From positions 17,732,001 through 17,796,000 of the forward strand of contig OX442314.1 of the NCBI GenBank assembly GCA_949358305.1: 64,000 nucleotides of DNA, given 5' to 3'. The notes beneath the pieces are model-generated. The model was not told the DNA's origin. It worked only from the letters and a program-made list of their open reading frames with translations, and ran no database searches. Position numbers and translations under genes: made by a program. This DNA is from Strigamia acuminata (Eukaryota). Every line of letters begins with the position of its first letter. The stretch's first letter is position 1. Shown in pieces: positions 1 through 12,760 of the stretch.

Positions 1-129
1 GCATTGTTGTGCACGCTATTGAATGGGAATTGACTGATTTGACAATGCTCCTCATCGGGCAAGACGAATTGGCCCTTACTGAAGAACCATTGGTGAATGC
101 GAGAAGGATAAAAAAGCTGCCTACTTGGA

Positions 130-265
130 GGATTGAATTGCCCCGTTGGAATGGAAGGGAAATAGGGAGAGTGGTTGTGTATGGAAAGGAGATTTATAAC
201 AAGTACTCTTCCAAAGGACATGGTCAAGAGATAAAGATTCGACCCACAAGTCGTGGTTTGAATTC
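130..265. repeat. Dispersed diverged repeat, copy 1 (homologous to about 12611-12760)
   Basis: GAGATTTATAA...GGACATGGTCAAGAGATAAAGATTCGACCCACA (189-248) aligns with GAGATTTATAA...GGACTTGGACACGAGATAAAGTTTCGACCCACA (12687-12743) with one 3-nt gap. Boundaries are approximate. Confidence 0.7.
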
Positions 266-807
266 GCAAATAGTCTAGTGCCGGAATAAGTCTTCACACA
301 CTTGTCACGAGTTTGCTATTTTAAGTTGTAGAGTTAATAATTCAGGTGGGAAAAGTTGGGAAAACTTGGGTCAGCTGTTTGGGGTTGAACTGTCTTTCTG
401 ATTTACTCACTAATGACTTGATAAAAAACGAGGAAAGGAGGGGAAAAACAAGGAACTGATAAAGTACTACGTTAATGAAGAGCTGTATCCCAATTATTAC
501 GTCTTTTGAATTTTTTATTTTTTTAAATTTTTTTTTTTTGATAAGAATGGTCATCTTTTGTGTGAGTAAGAAGGGTGCGTTTTTATCAGTAATGGAAATG
601 ACAGTTGAGTGAGTAGTCGAGCAACGTTTTTTTGGGAAGGTCTTTGATTGGTCGAGATTTATTGCGCAGATATAGATACTAGACAGTCACCTGCACATTC
701 GTCAACATATACCACCTTTTATTATTTAAAAAAAAAACTCTTTTTGCTTTTATTTTTCATGTTATTCTGTGATGGGCGTGCAATGGCAGCAATAATTCTC
801 CATTAAA

Positions 808-910
808 TATAGTGCAAAGTTGTACTCGCTATTTAATTATTGTGTGTACATAAATATTTTATAGTGTAAAGTTGTACGCGCTATTTAATTATTGTTTGCA
901 TATAAATATT
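808..910. repeat. Two-copy tandem duplication, 52-bp period
   Basis: ATAGTGCAAAGTTGTACTCGCTATTTAATTATTGT at 809 recurs as ATAGTGTAAAGTTGTACGCGCTATTTAATTATTGT at 861. Confidence 0.85.
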
Positions 911-1968
911 ATCTGTTAAGTATTTATTTTTTATTTTTTAGTTTTTTGTTTGTTTAAAATAGTTAGCAGAAGAAATGAAAAATGAGGACAATTTGTACAA
1001 AATTTATTTTCAATTGCCATGTGTTGGATATGAAGTATGCGATTTCATTGTAGTGCAATCAAGGCAGGGGGTTGATCATTTGGAAGTTTGCTGTCACATC
1101 CACAGCTTGACCAGGTTGACCGGGTTGAGAAAACACCATTTGTCCTTTTGCTCCGAAGGAGGCGTAGTCGCAGTCGTCGTGGGAGGTGTATAGGTGTGTT
1201 ACTATGGTTGCTAATAACAGCGGTAAGGTGGGGTCTAAATTTCGCATGAGAAATGTTTGGGACTCGAGTTAGTAGCGAGATAAATTATGAGACAACCTTA
1301 TAACCGAATTAAATTTTAGTAAATTATTGATTGAATAGAGATTAAAGTATTAAGCCATTATGATGAAAAGTGAATTTAATGCCACCTATGACTTGATCCG
1401 CCCATTGAGTTGGATATTAATGGACTGTCATGTCAAACTGCCTCTGTTTAGAAACTTGACTTAGTAAACTTGATGAGCGATTTCTTTGACCTATTCTGTG
1501 GGGGGGTGAACTACTGCATAAAGTTGAGGGAGGGATAAAATATGAGGCAGGGGGTAATTAACTGATGGGTGGGAAGTGACGTGTGCAAATACACCCAACT
1601 CATGTAAAAGCAATGTCAAGTTTGGAAGAAAAAAGATTTTTGAAGTGTGCGTGGGAATATTTTTTTCTTTCTTGTATTTTTTTATTTTTATTTTTTATTT
1701 AAAAGAAAAAAAAATGGTTTTTATTACGGAGTATTATTTTATATGTTAAGTGGAAGAAATGCATTTTTTCACTAACTTAATCCTTAAAATAATACGTTTT
1801 TTTCTCTCTTTAAATTCTCTGGAAATCATCAATCATCGTTTAGAAATTACGTGGGGACTTTATTCCCTAAAAGGGTTTGATTATTTTAAAAACTCGACAA
1901 TTGCAGTTTAAAAAGATACAATTTAATTACAAAAGCATCTAATGATTATAAAATAGTTCAAAACAAAA

Positions 1969-2299
1969 GGGGCATTCAAATTGGTTAAGCAATTACTTAA
2001 AGTTTTCGTAAATGAATAAAAATACGTGCAATAAATGGAATAAATGATTTAATTGAATTATTGAATAAAATGTTGTAGTATCTTACTAATGTGCGTGCTC
2101 GAGCGCAGCTGAGATCTGAATGATTGCTTAACCGAGCATGCGCAAATCGCATCATTGTTACTTAAGATGAGTTAAGGAAAATAAGTGACCCAAAACCTTG
2201 CATCAAGATAAGCAAAATAAATAAACAAAGTTAAGGAACATATGTTGTAATAAATGTCATATCTTCAGGCAGATTTTTCTTAACTAATTTGAACGTACC
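1969..2299. mobile_element. MITE (non-autonomous DNA transposon), copy 1
   Basis: Imperfect terminal inverted repeats GGGGCATTCAAATTGGTTAAG ... CTTAACTAATTTGAACGTACC. The interior is colinear with 58229-58512. No ORF. Confidence 0.7.
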
Positions 2300-5200
2300 T
2301 AATGACATACTAATAAGTTTTATTTCGGAAATTATAGTTGGGGATTCGAGGACCCAACATGGTTCGCATAATTGAATACCGTAATGAGGTAATCATAATT
2401 TTTTCTGAAACTCTGTTTTGCAACTAGGATCCAATTGCACTTGCCGCCGTTTGAGTGTCAGTTTTGACTTGCGAGTGACTTGCACAACTTAAGTCTTCAT
2501 TTATTTATAAGCTTAACGCTTTGTTCGTGTATTGGATGGAAATTCAGACACTAGCATTTGGCAGTTGACTGTCACTTTGAGGCTCAACTCCTCTCTTGAA
2601 ATGGACTTTAATACCTTTTTCTTTTATTTTTATTAACCTCACCTTGGCAAAGAGATTAATTGTTTTTAGCTTTGGGCCACAAATCGTAAAGTATGCGTCG
2701 CATCAGTAAATTGTGTGTGAAGACAAGAGAGTTCTTAGTTCTTTCCCGCACGCCCCATGGCTCTAAGGTGGGCTAAAAAGCCCTCACTTTTCTTGAAAAT
2801 GAGGTTATAGTCTACACTTACCCGTACTCTACTTGATAAGACCAATTACGGTTTATTATCAAGTTGGTTTGAAATTGTGGGGTTGCACTCGCGAGATTTC
2901 GAGTCTACGGTGTGAAATTAAATCAAACTATATCAAATAGTTATTGCCACGTGATTATTTTTAACAACTTTTTGCTGTGAAATTATTAGGACCGTTTACA
3001 GATTAGATTTAAATTATAACCACATTGGATTAGGAGTTGAGCTGTTTATTGGATCATGCGTTATATATTTAGTTTTTTAATGGTTTTTGGGGATGATAAT
3101 GCCTGCTATGAAGTATATATATCTAAAGATATGTGTAGTGAAGACAAATTTCTACTCTTCTTGTCGTTGTGTTATAATTTATGTCTCAACAACTGTTAAA
3201 TGTCAGCTATGCTTTTTATGCCTAGTTGTTATTTTTAAACGTGACACTGAAATCATATGTATATATTTTTTATTTTGCAAGTTTAACTCTATGTATGGGA
3301 CAATCCGGAAGTTGCAATTTTTTATTTTTTTTACGAGGGTCATGAAAAACTGACCGCTACTCGGAAATAAATTTTCTGAAATGGCTGTCCGGATTGTCTT
3401 AATATATTCAATTTTGGTGGTCTCTTATTACCCGAAATGGAAGAAATGAAATGAATTTGTAATTGTATTCTTTTCATGTTAATTTAATGTCCTTTTTTTT
3501 GGTTGGAATTTTTATCACGTTTGCAGATTAGGTGATAAGCTGGCGACAACATAGAACTGTCATCGTAAACCAATTTCAGCAACATTTACGTTTGCACGGT
3601 CAAATGCGATGCAAAATTCGCCTTGTTACATAGACTCATGTTATTCGGCGGGCGAACCTATTCTGATGGGCCAACAAAGCCCGATTTCTCCGCACACTTC
3701 TAGTTGTTAAAAAACGAGAAATTTGAAAACTTAGTGTTGCTCGTGTGTTTTATTGGGCGAAATGAGACGTTAATGTTGGTGCGCAGGCTTAAGCTTAGTC
3801 AAGTATGTAATGGATGTCCAATTAGGAAGGCATAACCCGAGGTCTGTTATTTCTTAATTCCCATGGTGTTGGGAGTAAGTTTAGTGTGGGTGTGTGCACC
3901 TTTCTTTATCTTGCCATTTTCTCCTATTAATGAGGCTTTTAAATTCGGATAATTTGTTCCACGTCTCGTAGAATAAAAAGCAGCGTCGGATTGTCGACTG
4001 AAAATCGTCTGCGAGTGGAGGGGAAATGCGTGTTGGACAGATGAGACGTTTAAGTTTTACTCTTTTGTGTTTACTTAGCGTTGTTTATCTTTTTGTTATT
4101 TTGAATCACTTGAAATTTGTTAAGGAATGAGATACGTACGGTGTACATCTCTCGAGGACAAAGAAAGTGTGTGACGACCTATGCAAACCAAGCGAGTAAT
4201 TAAAGTTGCAACAGGACTTGCACGGGTTATGTGCCGTAACTGATTAGATGAAGTTGGCACAATCCCTTTTCCATTTCATTTTCTTCTCCGGGGATTCGAC
4301 GGAGTTGTGCATATTTATGAGCCACGAGAATATTGCCGGCTTGTATTGTATGGATAGAATGGGCATAGAAGAAAGGATGAAGACTTTGGCTTTTATATTG
4401 GCTTGTTGTTAGCATGCATGAAGTGAAGTCTCTCGTTTTAGCTTCACATTTCACATTGTGTAGGAAATTGCTTATTACCAAAAGGCAAATACGGCCAGGA
4501 AACATCGAGAATGTCAAGAATGATCTCTCTTAAAGGAGTGAATAGACACTACTATTTTTAGTGATTTTTTCGTCTTCGTTTGCTTGATTTGCAGTGTGTT
4601 AAGAGAGAGCGCTATAAAAGATGGTTGTATGTAGAAAAAAATGGGTTTCTTAATCTATTGGGAGGAGTTCATCCGCCCTAGTCCTCCGCAAGAGACTTCA
4701 ATTTTCTGATTGGTATCTTGATAAGAATAGGGAATGTGTTTGATGGTAGAATGATAAAATAGGAGAAAGTTTCTTGGGCCAATGGTTGGTTTTAAATGCT
4801 TTTTTTTTTTTAGATTTTCGTGTGATTGACAAGATGCTGACATTTTTATTAGGGCTTTTTAGTTTTAGGGCTTAAAATTGATGTAAACAGTAGTTAGGAA
4901 AAGGGAATTGGGAGTTTTCTGTAGGTTTGTTTGTTTGGTTATAACTTCTGTGCACTTTGGGCGATTTTAGCTGCGACTTGAAATTGTGAATGTCACTTCT
5001 AGTGGTTTTTAAAGATTTTAATAATTTTTGAGAAAGTGAGGGGATTCAGCTGAATAATCTTTTAGCCGTGCTGCCAGGTGTCGGCGATCGATCTTGTATT
5101 GAGTGCGCAAGTTGAGTGTGATGAAAGGTGCCAAAGATTCTGAAATATTTTATTTAAATACTTTATTTTTTTATAGTACGGTATATACTTTGTTTTTGTT

Positions 5201-5716
5201 TAAAATTTAGATAATTTAATTATCAAGATTTTTTTTTTTTGGTAATTTTTGGTTGGACATTTTGAATTAGTGACACAAAATGGAAGTGTTTCGGAGACAA
5301 AAATGTGAATGATTGTTGTTTTACATATTCTGAGGTCATGGTACAATTTTCTCCAATCTGGGACTCTGACAGGTATCCCGGATTCATCTCACTGCTACCT
5401 AATTTTCCTTCTCTCCCCACCAGAGTGAGTGGACACGCCCTTCGTATAGACTGAAAGAATCTTCACTCCCTCCACTTTTCCAGCTCAGGAGTGAACATCG
5501 AGTGCGGACACATCGGTCTTGGATCCGATCTATAACGTGCGGCTCGCTACAGGAAAATCATATTTAATGGATTAGTTTTAATTGTTTTTGGACAAATTTT
5601 AAATTTTTAGTCGGTTATTTTTATTATTTGCAAAAAAAAATATATATATATATATTTTAAAATATAAATAATGGGTGGGATTTTAAAATTTGAATTAATG
5701 TTGTAACGTTTTTGCG

Positions 5717-6146
5717 ATGATTTCAACAAAGTTGTTTGCGTTGATAACACTGTTGCTAGCTGTGGACTTGTGCGGCGGTCGGAGACTTAGGCGACATCAC
5801 ATGAGGCTTTGTTTGGTTCAAGAAGATGGTGGTTTGGAAAGACGAGAAACGCGGGCAACTTTTATATTTACGGGAACAGTCCTCAAAGTTTACCGTAAAC
5901 CTAAACCGGAGTTGTACAAAGCGCAAGTGTTTGCAAGGAGAGTTCTTAAAGGCGATAAGATGTGGACAGATAAAGAAGTGATGATAGAAGGATTTGGAAA
6001 CGATTTACTCTGCTCGGGCCACGTGCGAAAGAAAGACACTCGCATTTTTTTCGCCGTCCAATCGGAAAAAGGCAAGTGGACGTTAAGCTCGAGCGTGATG
6101 AGATTGACCATTGCAAACTTGGATCGAATTACGGCCGCCATCAAAG
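5717..6146 (+). CDS. Agrn: Agrin first coding exon A: signal peptide + NtA domain (143 aa + 1 nt)
   Basis: In-frame TAA at 5696-5698 precedes the ATG. Hydrophobic leader MISTKLFALITLLLAVDLCGG. NtA motifs LERRE, IFTGTV, RVLKG, EGFGN..LC, DTRIFF and LSSSVMRLTIANLD match vertebrate agrin NtA (LERREEEANVVLTGTV...GFGDPLIC...DTRIFF...LNSSLMRITLRNLE, recalled). Donor AAAG|GTAAGA at 6146/6147 is phase 1. Confidence 0.93.
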
Positions 6147-9100
6147 GTAAGAAGGCTTTACTGCAATGTCTGTCAGGATGAGTGGAAACATTTTTTCGCA
6201 CCATTCTGGCCGGGTTGTTCGGGCAGATTTTTATACTTTTCTGCTTGTTACGATGGCCGGGGTGAAATTTGACAATAACAGACGAGTTTATTGAGTTTGG
6301 GGCGTTGTTGTGGAATAAAAATAATTGTTGAGGGCCTTTTTGATGTTGTATTTTCGAGGGAAATAGTCACAGGTGGTAATGAATTGCCTCACCTTCGTAT
6401 TATGGGGCCGCAGATTGGATGGTGAGAACGGTTGTTATTAGAGTTGGGTTTAAATTTCGTATGGATTATTTTTGGATGATTGTGCAAAAATGGGTAATGA
6501 TCAATTTGTTTTGAGGTGAGCGTGAAAAATGTATAACCACGCTGGGAAGAATGCATGCATGGATTTTACATCTTTTCTTTTAAATGCAAATTAGTAAAAA
6601 CAAATTCATTTCTTTATTTCAGAAAATAAATTAATTTTTTTTAACTACTTATGTTTGAATTAAAGACGCTAATTTGAATGCATGAGGGAAGGGGTGGCAA
6701 TGTACATTTAAGGTATTTTGTTTTATTTTTTTTGTTTTGCATAAGTCTTTTGCAAGAAGTTTTGGAATTGAGGACAATAAATGACTGGAAAATGACAGAT
6801 TTATTGGGGAAAAAAATTTTTTTTTGTGCAGGAGGTTTAAAATATTGTTATTAGAGGAACTGAAGAGGCGACGTATATTCGTTTTTAAAAGATTCGGTTT
6901 TAAAAAAAGAAGAAAAAATTATTGCGTCGTGTAAGATGAATAAAAGCTTTTCATCGTGGGTTAATTTTGATAATTTAATTGGGCCTTAAATCAAATGTTT
7001 GGTTAAAAATTTTAAAAAACGTTTTGGGCACTTATACGAATAAAATTTATTGCAACGCCACACGATGGATGAGAGATTTGTAAAAAGCTGCGACGATAAA
7101 TGGGACTAGGGCATTTATTAATGAGAAGCGGCAAATGCTAAAATGACAAGTTTTAGTACCTTCCAATTTGATGGTTTTTTTTTTTTTTCACTTTCGGTAT
7201 TTTATTTTCAAGTACAAAACAGTTTAAAACGTAAATTTTAATTGCCAAGTACGAAAAAAAATGGTCATAAACATAATATATATACAAAAAAGTCATTTAT
7301 TTTATAAATAACAAGTTTAAAATAAACAAACGTAGGTTTATTTATTTTCAACTTGTTACAGGCAAACGTTAAGACGTGCAGAAAAATGAATTAACACCAA
7401 TAAACTGGGTTTTTGAGTTCGTATGTTGACTTTTGGTTTGCAACATTTATATTCTAAGCCACACAATTTCGATGAGAATGTATTCCTAGCAATGAAGGAG
7501 ACACTTTTATTTATGACTTGGTTGCTTTATTTGCCGGTTGGAATAACACGTGGGGAGCATGGAGGAAATGGAGACAGAAATTTGGCGCCAGAAAAAACAT
7601 TTTAAGCCAATTGTGTCAGTCTACGAGTCACTTATGCAATTTTCCTTTTTTGTTATCTTCATAAAGTACTTGAAGACAGAAGAGGTTAAAGTGGTCGAAC
7701 TTTCTTTTTTTAGTACATGATTTTAATTTATAATTTTTATCTTTTTTTTTATTACTTTTTTTTTAATAATAATTATTGAAAAATTATATTTGTTGGTAAA
7801 AGGAGGGAATTCATTTGCACTCTCTTGGAATCAGTTAGTCTAAGCATTTGCCAGATGTCGTTGCATATATTGATTTAAAAAAGAGAAACGCTAATTTTTC
7901 TTGTAAAATGAAGACTTAAATGTATGCTTTCAGTAAAACATCTGACAGCTGAATAGGCCGCACCTAGCCGTTCTAATTTGTAAACAAGCACTGAGTATTA
8001 TTTTACAGAAGAATCAAGATCACCCTTTGAGCAACACCTATTATATGCTGTTTGGTGTTGCAATGTTTAAGGTGTGGTGCGTTATTATTAAAGGCTTTTT
8101 GAAATGATGTAATGCTCTCTAATTTGTATTCAAGTAGACTAAATGTTTTTTTTTAGTAAACCGAACCTTGATCATTCCAGATACATCCTAAAAAAAAAAA
8201 AACAGCTACAAAGCACAAAGAAATGTGAATGACAACATTTAAAAACACTTTTAACCAATATGACGTCATGAGATGTCAAAAATGGCGCGTAGTTTAAAAA
8301 AATACAGATAAGGGGTCAAGAATGATCGATAAATTTGGTCACAGAGCCTCGTGCAAGTAGATTTCCATCAGAATAATTAATTATTTGAGACGATTCTTTT
8401 GCACAAGTCCCAAGTTCCATAGACATAGCGCAAATTTAATTTGTATGATGCGGGTCAAGGTTAATTAATTCCTTTTCTTGCTTGCTCAGCCATTTTTTAA
8501 AATTCAATATTTAAAGGAGGGGGTCTTTTTAACCCCCCACAAGTAGCAGACCTTTGCCCACTTTTTCAACCGCCTACCAGTGTGCCCTACCCCGCCTTTT
8601 TTGCGATAAGCATCGCAGTGGGTAGATGAAAGAGGCGAGGGAGGGAGATTTCTGTTAATTCCCCAACCAACCCCACGTCTTCTTAGCTCGCGGCATGGGT
8701 GGATGTGGAATTAGAGGGATTCCATAAGTGGAATTTCCGAATACAAACAAACGGCATAATGGTGCCAAATGCTTTAATATATTGCCTTCCTTTCAAAAAG
8801 CGAATGCAATAACTTTGGTCTGTGGGATCGTAAAATTATTCAAGTGTTGGTTATGTCCATTAGATTTTTTTTAATGGTCGATTATGAATTGAAATGTACT
8901 TCATAAAATTAGCATTTAAAAGAACGAGGACCATATAGTTATGAGCTTTACAAGTCGATTATAATAAGACTGGCATTCGTACACCTTGACCCGGGTTTTC
9001 TTAGGAACTTGTTACAAATTGATGGAAAAATCCTTTTTTAATGCAAGGAATGAGAGTTGAGAGACCCCTGCTATGCTCGTTATACGCACCCCAGCTCATA

Positions 9101-12100
9101 AAATATGGTAGGAGTGAAATGGCATTTAATTAAGGTTATTGGCAATGAAGATATTATGATGGTGCTGGACAAGCATTATATTTTACGTTAATGGACGAGG
9201 AAATTTGTGGGGTGAATTGTTAGTACGAAGCAAATTAAAATCAGAGTGTGACAAGGATATATATATTTTATTATAAAATAATAAGGTGAGGTGCTGGGGC
9301 GAGGAATAATGGGTGAAATGTATGTGTATGGCTTGTCTGCAGACTGTTCTCCCTTATTTGTGGCTCTATTTGACTCAAACGTTTGTATAATGTACGTCAA
9401 CTAATAACTGCGACCTCCTGTGGTGCTGCGTTCGCAGAAAGTAAAAACTATTTAAGTTTGCCTCTCGGTTTTATTGTTCTACAAATGACTTTTTACTTAG
9501 ACGTCTCATTAGACTAGCGTATTGTCTGATATTTGGCTATCATTTTGTACAACTCATCAGGGGGTAGTGAAACTTTGATGACTTGTCATGTGTCCTATGC
9601 AATGAATTTTTTATATATTTTTTTCTTTTCATTTTTTTTATGCTTAAATTTTTACATGAAAAAAAAATTTACTGTCGCCAGCTTGTCGCTGTTGGTGAAG
9701 TTATCATCTATTCAGAATAATATTTTATTTTAAAAAAAAGTTAACAGAAGCTCTACCTAGGGTCAACTAAGTTCGTTGCACATTTTTTTTTAATAATGTG
9801 ACATTTTGTATGTCAATTTGCTTATTTTTATTTTATTTTAAAAAAACACCTTTTTTACGTTGTTTGTACGAACAAGAAAAAAAAAGAATTTGAAGTGATA
9901 AATGTTAGTTACCGGTATCGGTATTGAGCTTAGAGTGCAGGAATCGTGATGAATTGATGTGCTTTGACTAATGGATGGCAAAGGCCACACTGGAAATTTA
10001 CATGATAAGTGTAAAGTGTCAAGACAGCGAAAACTGGGGCGATATTTTTCTTTCTTGGCTTAAATTCTGTGAAATTAATCAAATTGTTATGCAATTTTTA
10101 TTGAGTGATTTAATATGCTGTTTATTCGACGTGCAATATAAATAATTAGGATATTTTTCTTAGGATTACGCACTCTGACACTAATTGACACGTCTGATTA
10201 TGCAATCTCAATAATTGATTTAAAGTGCAAAAAGTAGAAGATTAAAATTGGGTCATGCATGCGAAATAGTGTAGTTGGCATAGTAACAAATCTATAGAAC
10301 TAATTATTCGTTAAATTTGTTTTTGTTTGACTGGGAAATGTGGAATGGGGGAGGACAAACAAGTTGAGTAGCTGCAATAAAGGCGGACAACTTGTAACCG
10401 GTCTTTCAGCTACATATGAGTTGATTTTGGGCTGGTTTAGGTCGTCAGAGTTAATCGAATTTATTCAAAAACATGTTTTCTTTTATTTTCTGTTTAAACA
10501 AAATTGTCAGGTGAATAGAATTTGTTGCTGACTCATGTAATCCCGTTAAAACCCACTCAGGGAAACAGATGGCTCTATAAAAAAATGGAGAAGAAAAAAG
10601 TTCAAGAATTCTTAGTACTCATCTGCATATGACTTATGGACAATAAGCATTAGTTCAGACGGTTAAATGACCTTTTAACCTTTTATATGTATCATTGCTC
10701 TTTTGGAGAAGCTGTTTTGTTATTACTTTTTTTTTTTTGCTTTTAAATTTTTTTTCTTTCCCGTTGCAATGTGAGAAAACAATTTGGATTGTATTGCGGG
10801 CGGTTAATTTTTTGAGCTTCCTCATCCGGATTTGCGTGATGGGAGTTTGTGATGGTGAATCCACAAGGGCATGAAGAAAAAATAAAGACCACCTCTAATG
10901 TAGACTACAATGTTGACATGTTAATGGAAAATTATAAATTTATTAATGCGACCTGCATGATGATGATGGCTGGGAAAAGAAAACACTTTTCGGCATAATT
11001 TACATATAGTGATTTTTATTACTTTTTTTTTTTTTTGGATTTTTTAAAAAAAAAAATTTTCGTTTTTTTTTTGGACAATAATAAAGATTAATTGTTGTTT
11101 CTTTTCACGTCAAATATGGAAAAGTTCATTAGATAAATTTATTTTGGAAAAATAAAGACCTGTGGAGCCGTGAGTAGTTTATAGCATTCCATACTCATCT
11201 TTGACCTCGGAAGGTTAGGGTTGAGAAAAAAAGAAATTGAGCCAACCATAACTAGAGTAAATTTGTAAGGGGAAGATGCACTGGTTTTGCCAGTTCAAAA
11301 TTTGAACCTAGTATCATTTTGATAATTTATAGCCATCTAGGGGCCGACTTCAAATGGCCCGGAAATGGGTCTTTGAGGGGGTGCTATAGTCATGTTAAAG
11401 ATGTATTGGAAAGAAATGCGATTGCATGTGGGAATTTTGTTAATAAGTGTAGCCCGCTGTACATGGGTGGCCGAATGAAATTCAACACTACGTCAAACAT
11501 GTTTTGTCACGATAATTTCAATTTTTTTTTTAATTGAAAATTTATAACTTTTATTTTATAATTTTTCAAAAAAAAAAAAGTTGTTTAATGAATTTCACTC
11601 GAGGGTGAGACGAAACTGGCCACATTATGCATATCGGTAATTGAAAGGGACAATCATTCCAAAGTCCATAAAAGACGTCGTAACGTCATCATTCCAATTT
11701 CACATAGATGCGCAATGGCACTCAAAATGTTGGTTAAAGGATTTAATGTGGCTCTTAAAGACCTCAAAACATGCATATTGTAATTTATTTAAGCCCATTA
11801 TAAATTCTGCAGTAGCCTAGTTAAGGCTGGATTACAACAATATTCTTAATAAAAATTGTGCTGAAAATGGCCGTGACGTTTTGGTTTGAAGTAATTTCTT
11901 CGGGCAATGCTATATATAAAAGCAATCAAGAAGAATAGACTTAATTGTAAGCCATACCTAACAAAAAAAATCATTACTCGTTGTGATATAGCTGTTGGTG
12001 GCACATACCTTAGGTGTGTGATTTATTTGATGAACAATACAGTAAAAATGACATCGCCCGCAACAAAGCTGCAATTGATAAATGGAAATTTGTACAAAAA

Positions 12101-12610
12101 ACTGGTTGTTGAGAAGAAACGGTTTAAATTGTGTTTTCTTCAAAATTTCAAACCATTAACTTGTATTGTTTACCCGGGGAATATAAAGTCAAGATTCTAG
12201 GCCATTGACCCAAGAGGTAGATCCGGAAAGGAGATGGGTTATAAGAAAATGCGAGCAAGGGTTTTAAACATTACAAAGTTGGTAGAAGAAATATTCCTCG
12301 TTATATGTGATTTATATATGTTTGAGGATTTTAATCAGATTAGTGTAAGTGCTGAGACTGAAAAATGCGTTCAAATTTCCTTTTGAGGAAAGATCTTGAA
12401 AAGGAAATTCATCGAGTAATTTTCTTTCTTCTCAGTGCTATATACAAATGGACTGCAATTGAATTTGAATGGTTATTGAAAGCTGATCTTTTTTTTGTCT
12501 GCTCAATTGAGAACTCGAATTGAACTATTAGAATGGCAAATAGGAGGATTGAAAGAGGGGTTTTCTATAGTTCAATTACTATTTCTCCCGTCTTTTAATA
12601 TAATATGTCC

Positions 12611-12760
12611 GAGGGATTGAATTTTCTGTCAGAATAAAGGGAAAATGCAAAATGAAGATGATGGCGAGGGTGTATACGTTAGAAACGAGATTTATAATAT
12701 CATCTCCTCTGGACTTGGACACGAGATAAAGTTTCGACCCACACGTTGTGCTTGGAATGC
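12611..12760. repeat. Dispersed diverged repeat, copy 2 (homologous to about 130-265)
   Basis: See copy 1. Weaker similarity appears to extend upstream to about 12450. Confidence 0.7.

Noticed and set aside
6147..6181. ORF-track C-terminal extension of NtA exon A (likewise 15395-15459 for B and 46556-46683 for the TM exon)
   Set aside because: Read-through past GT donors into intron. Homology between A and B stops exactly at the donors, and the TM extension is T-rich low complexity.
12374..12409. Hairpin AATTTCCTTTT...AAAAGGAAATT as a terminator or ncRNA
   Set aside because: Short AT-rich stem in a eukaryotic intron with no other support.
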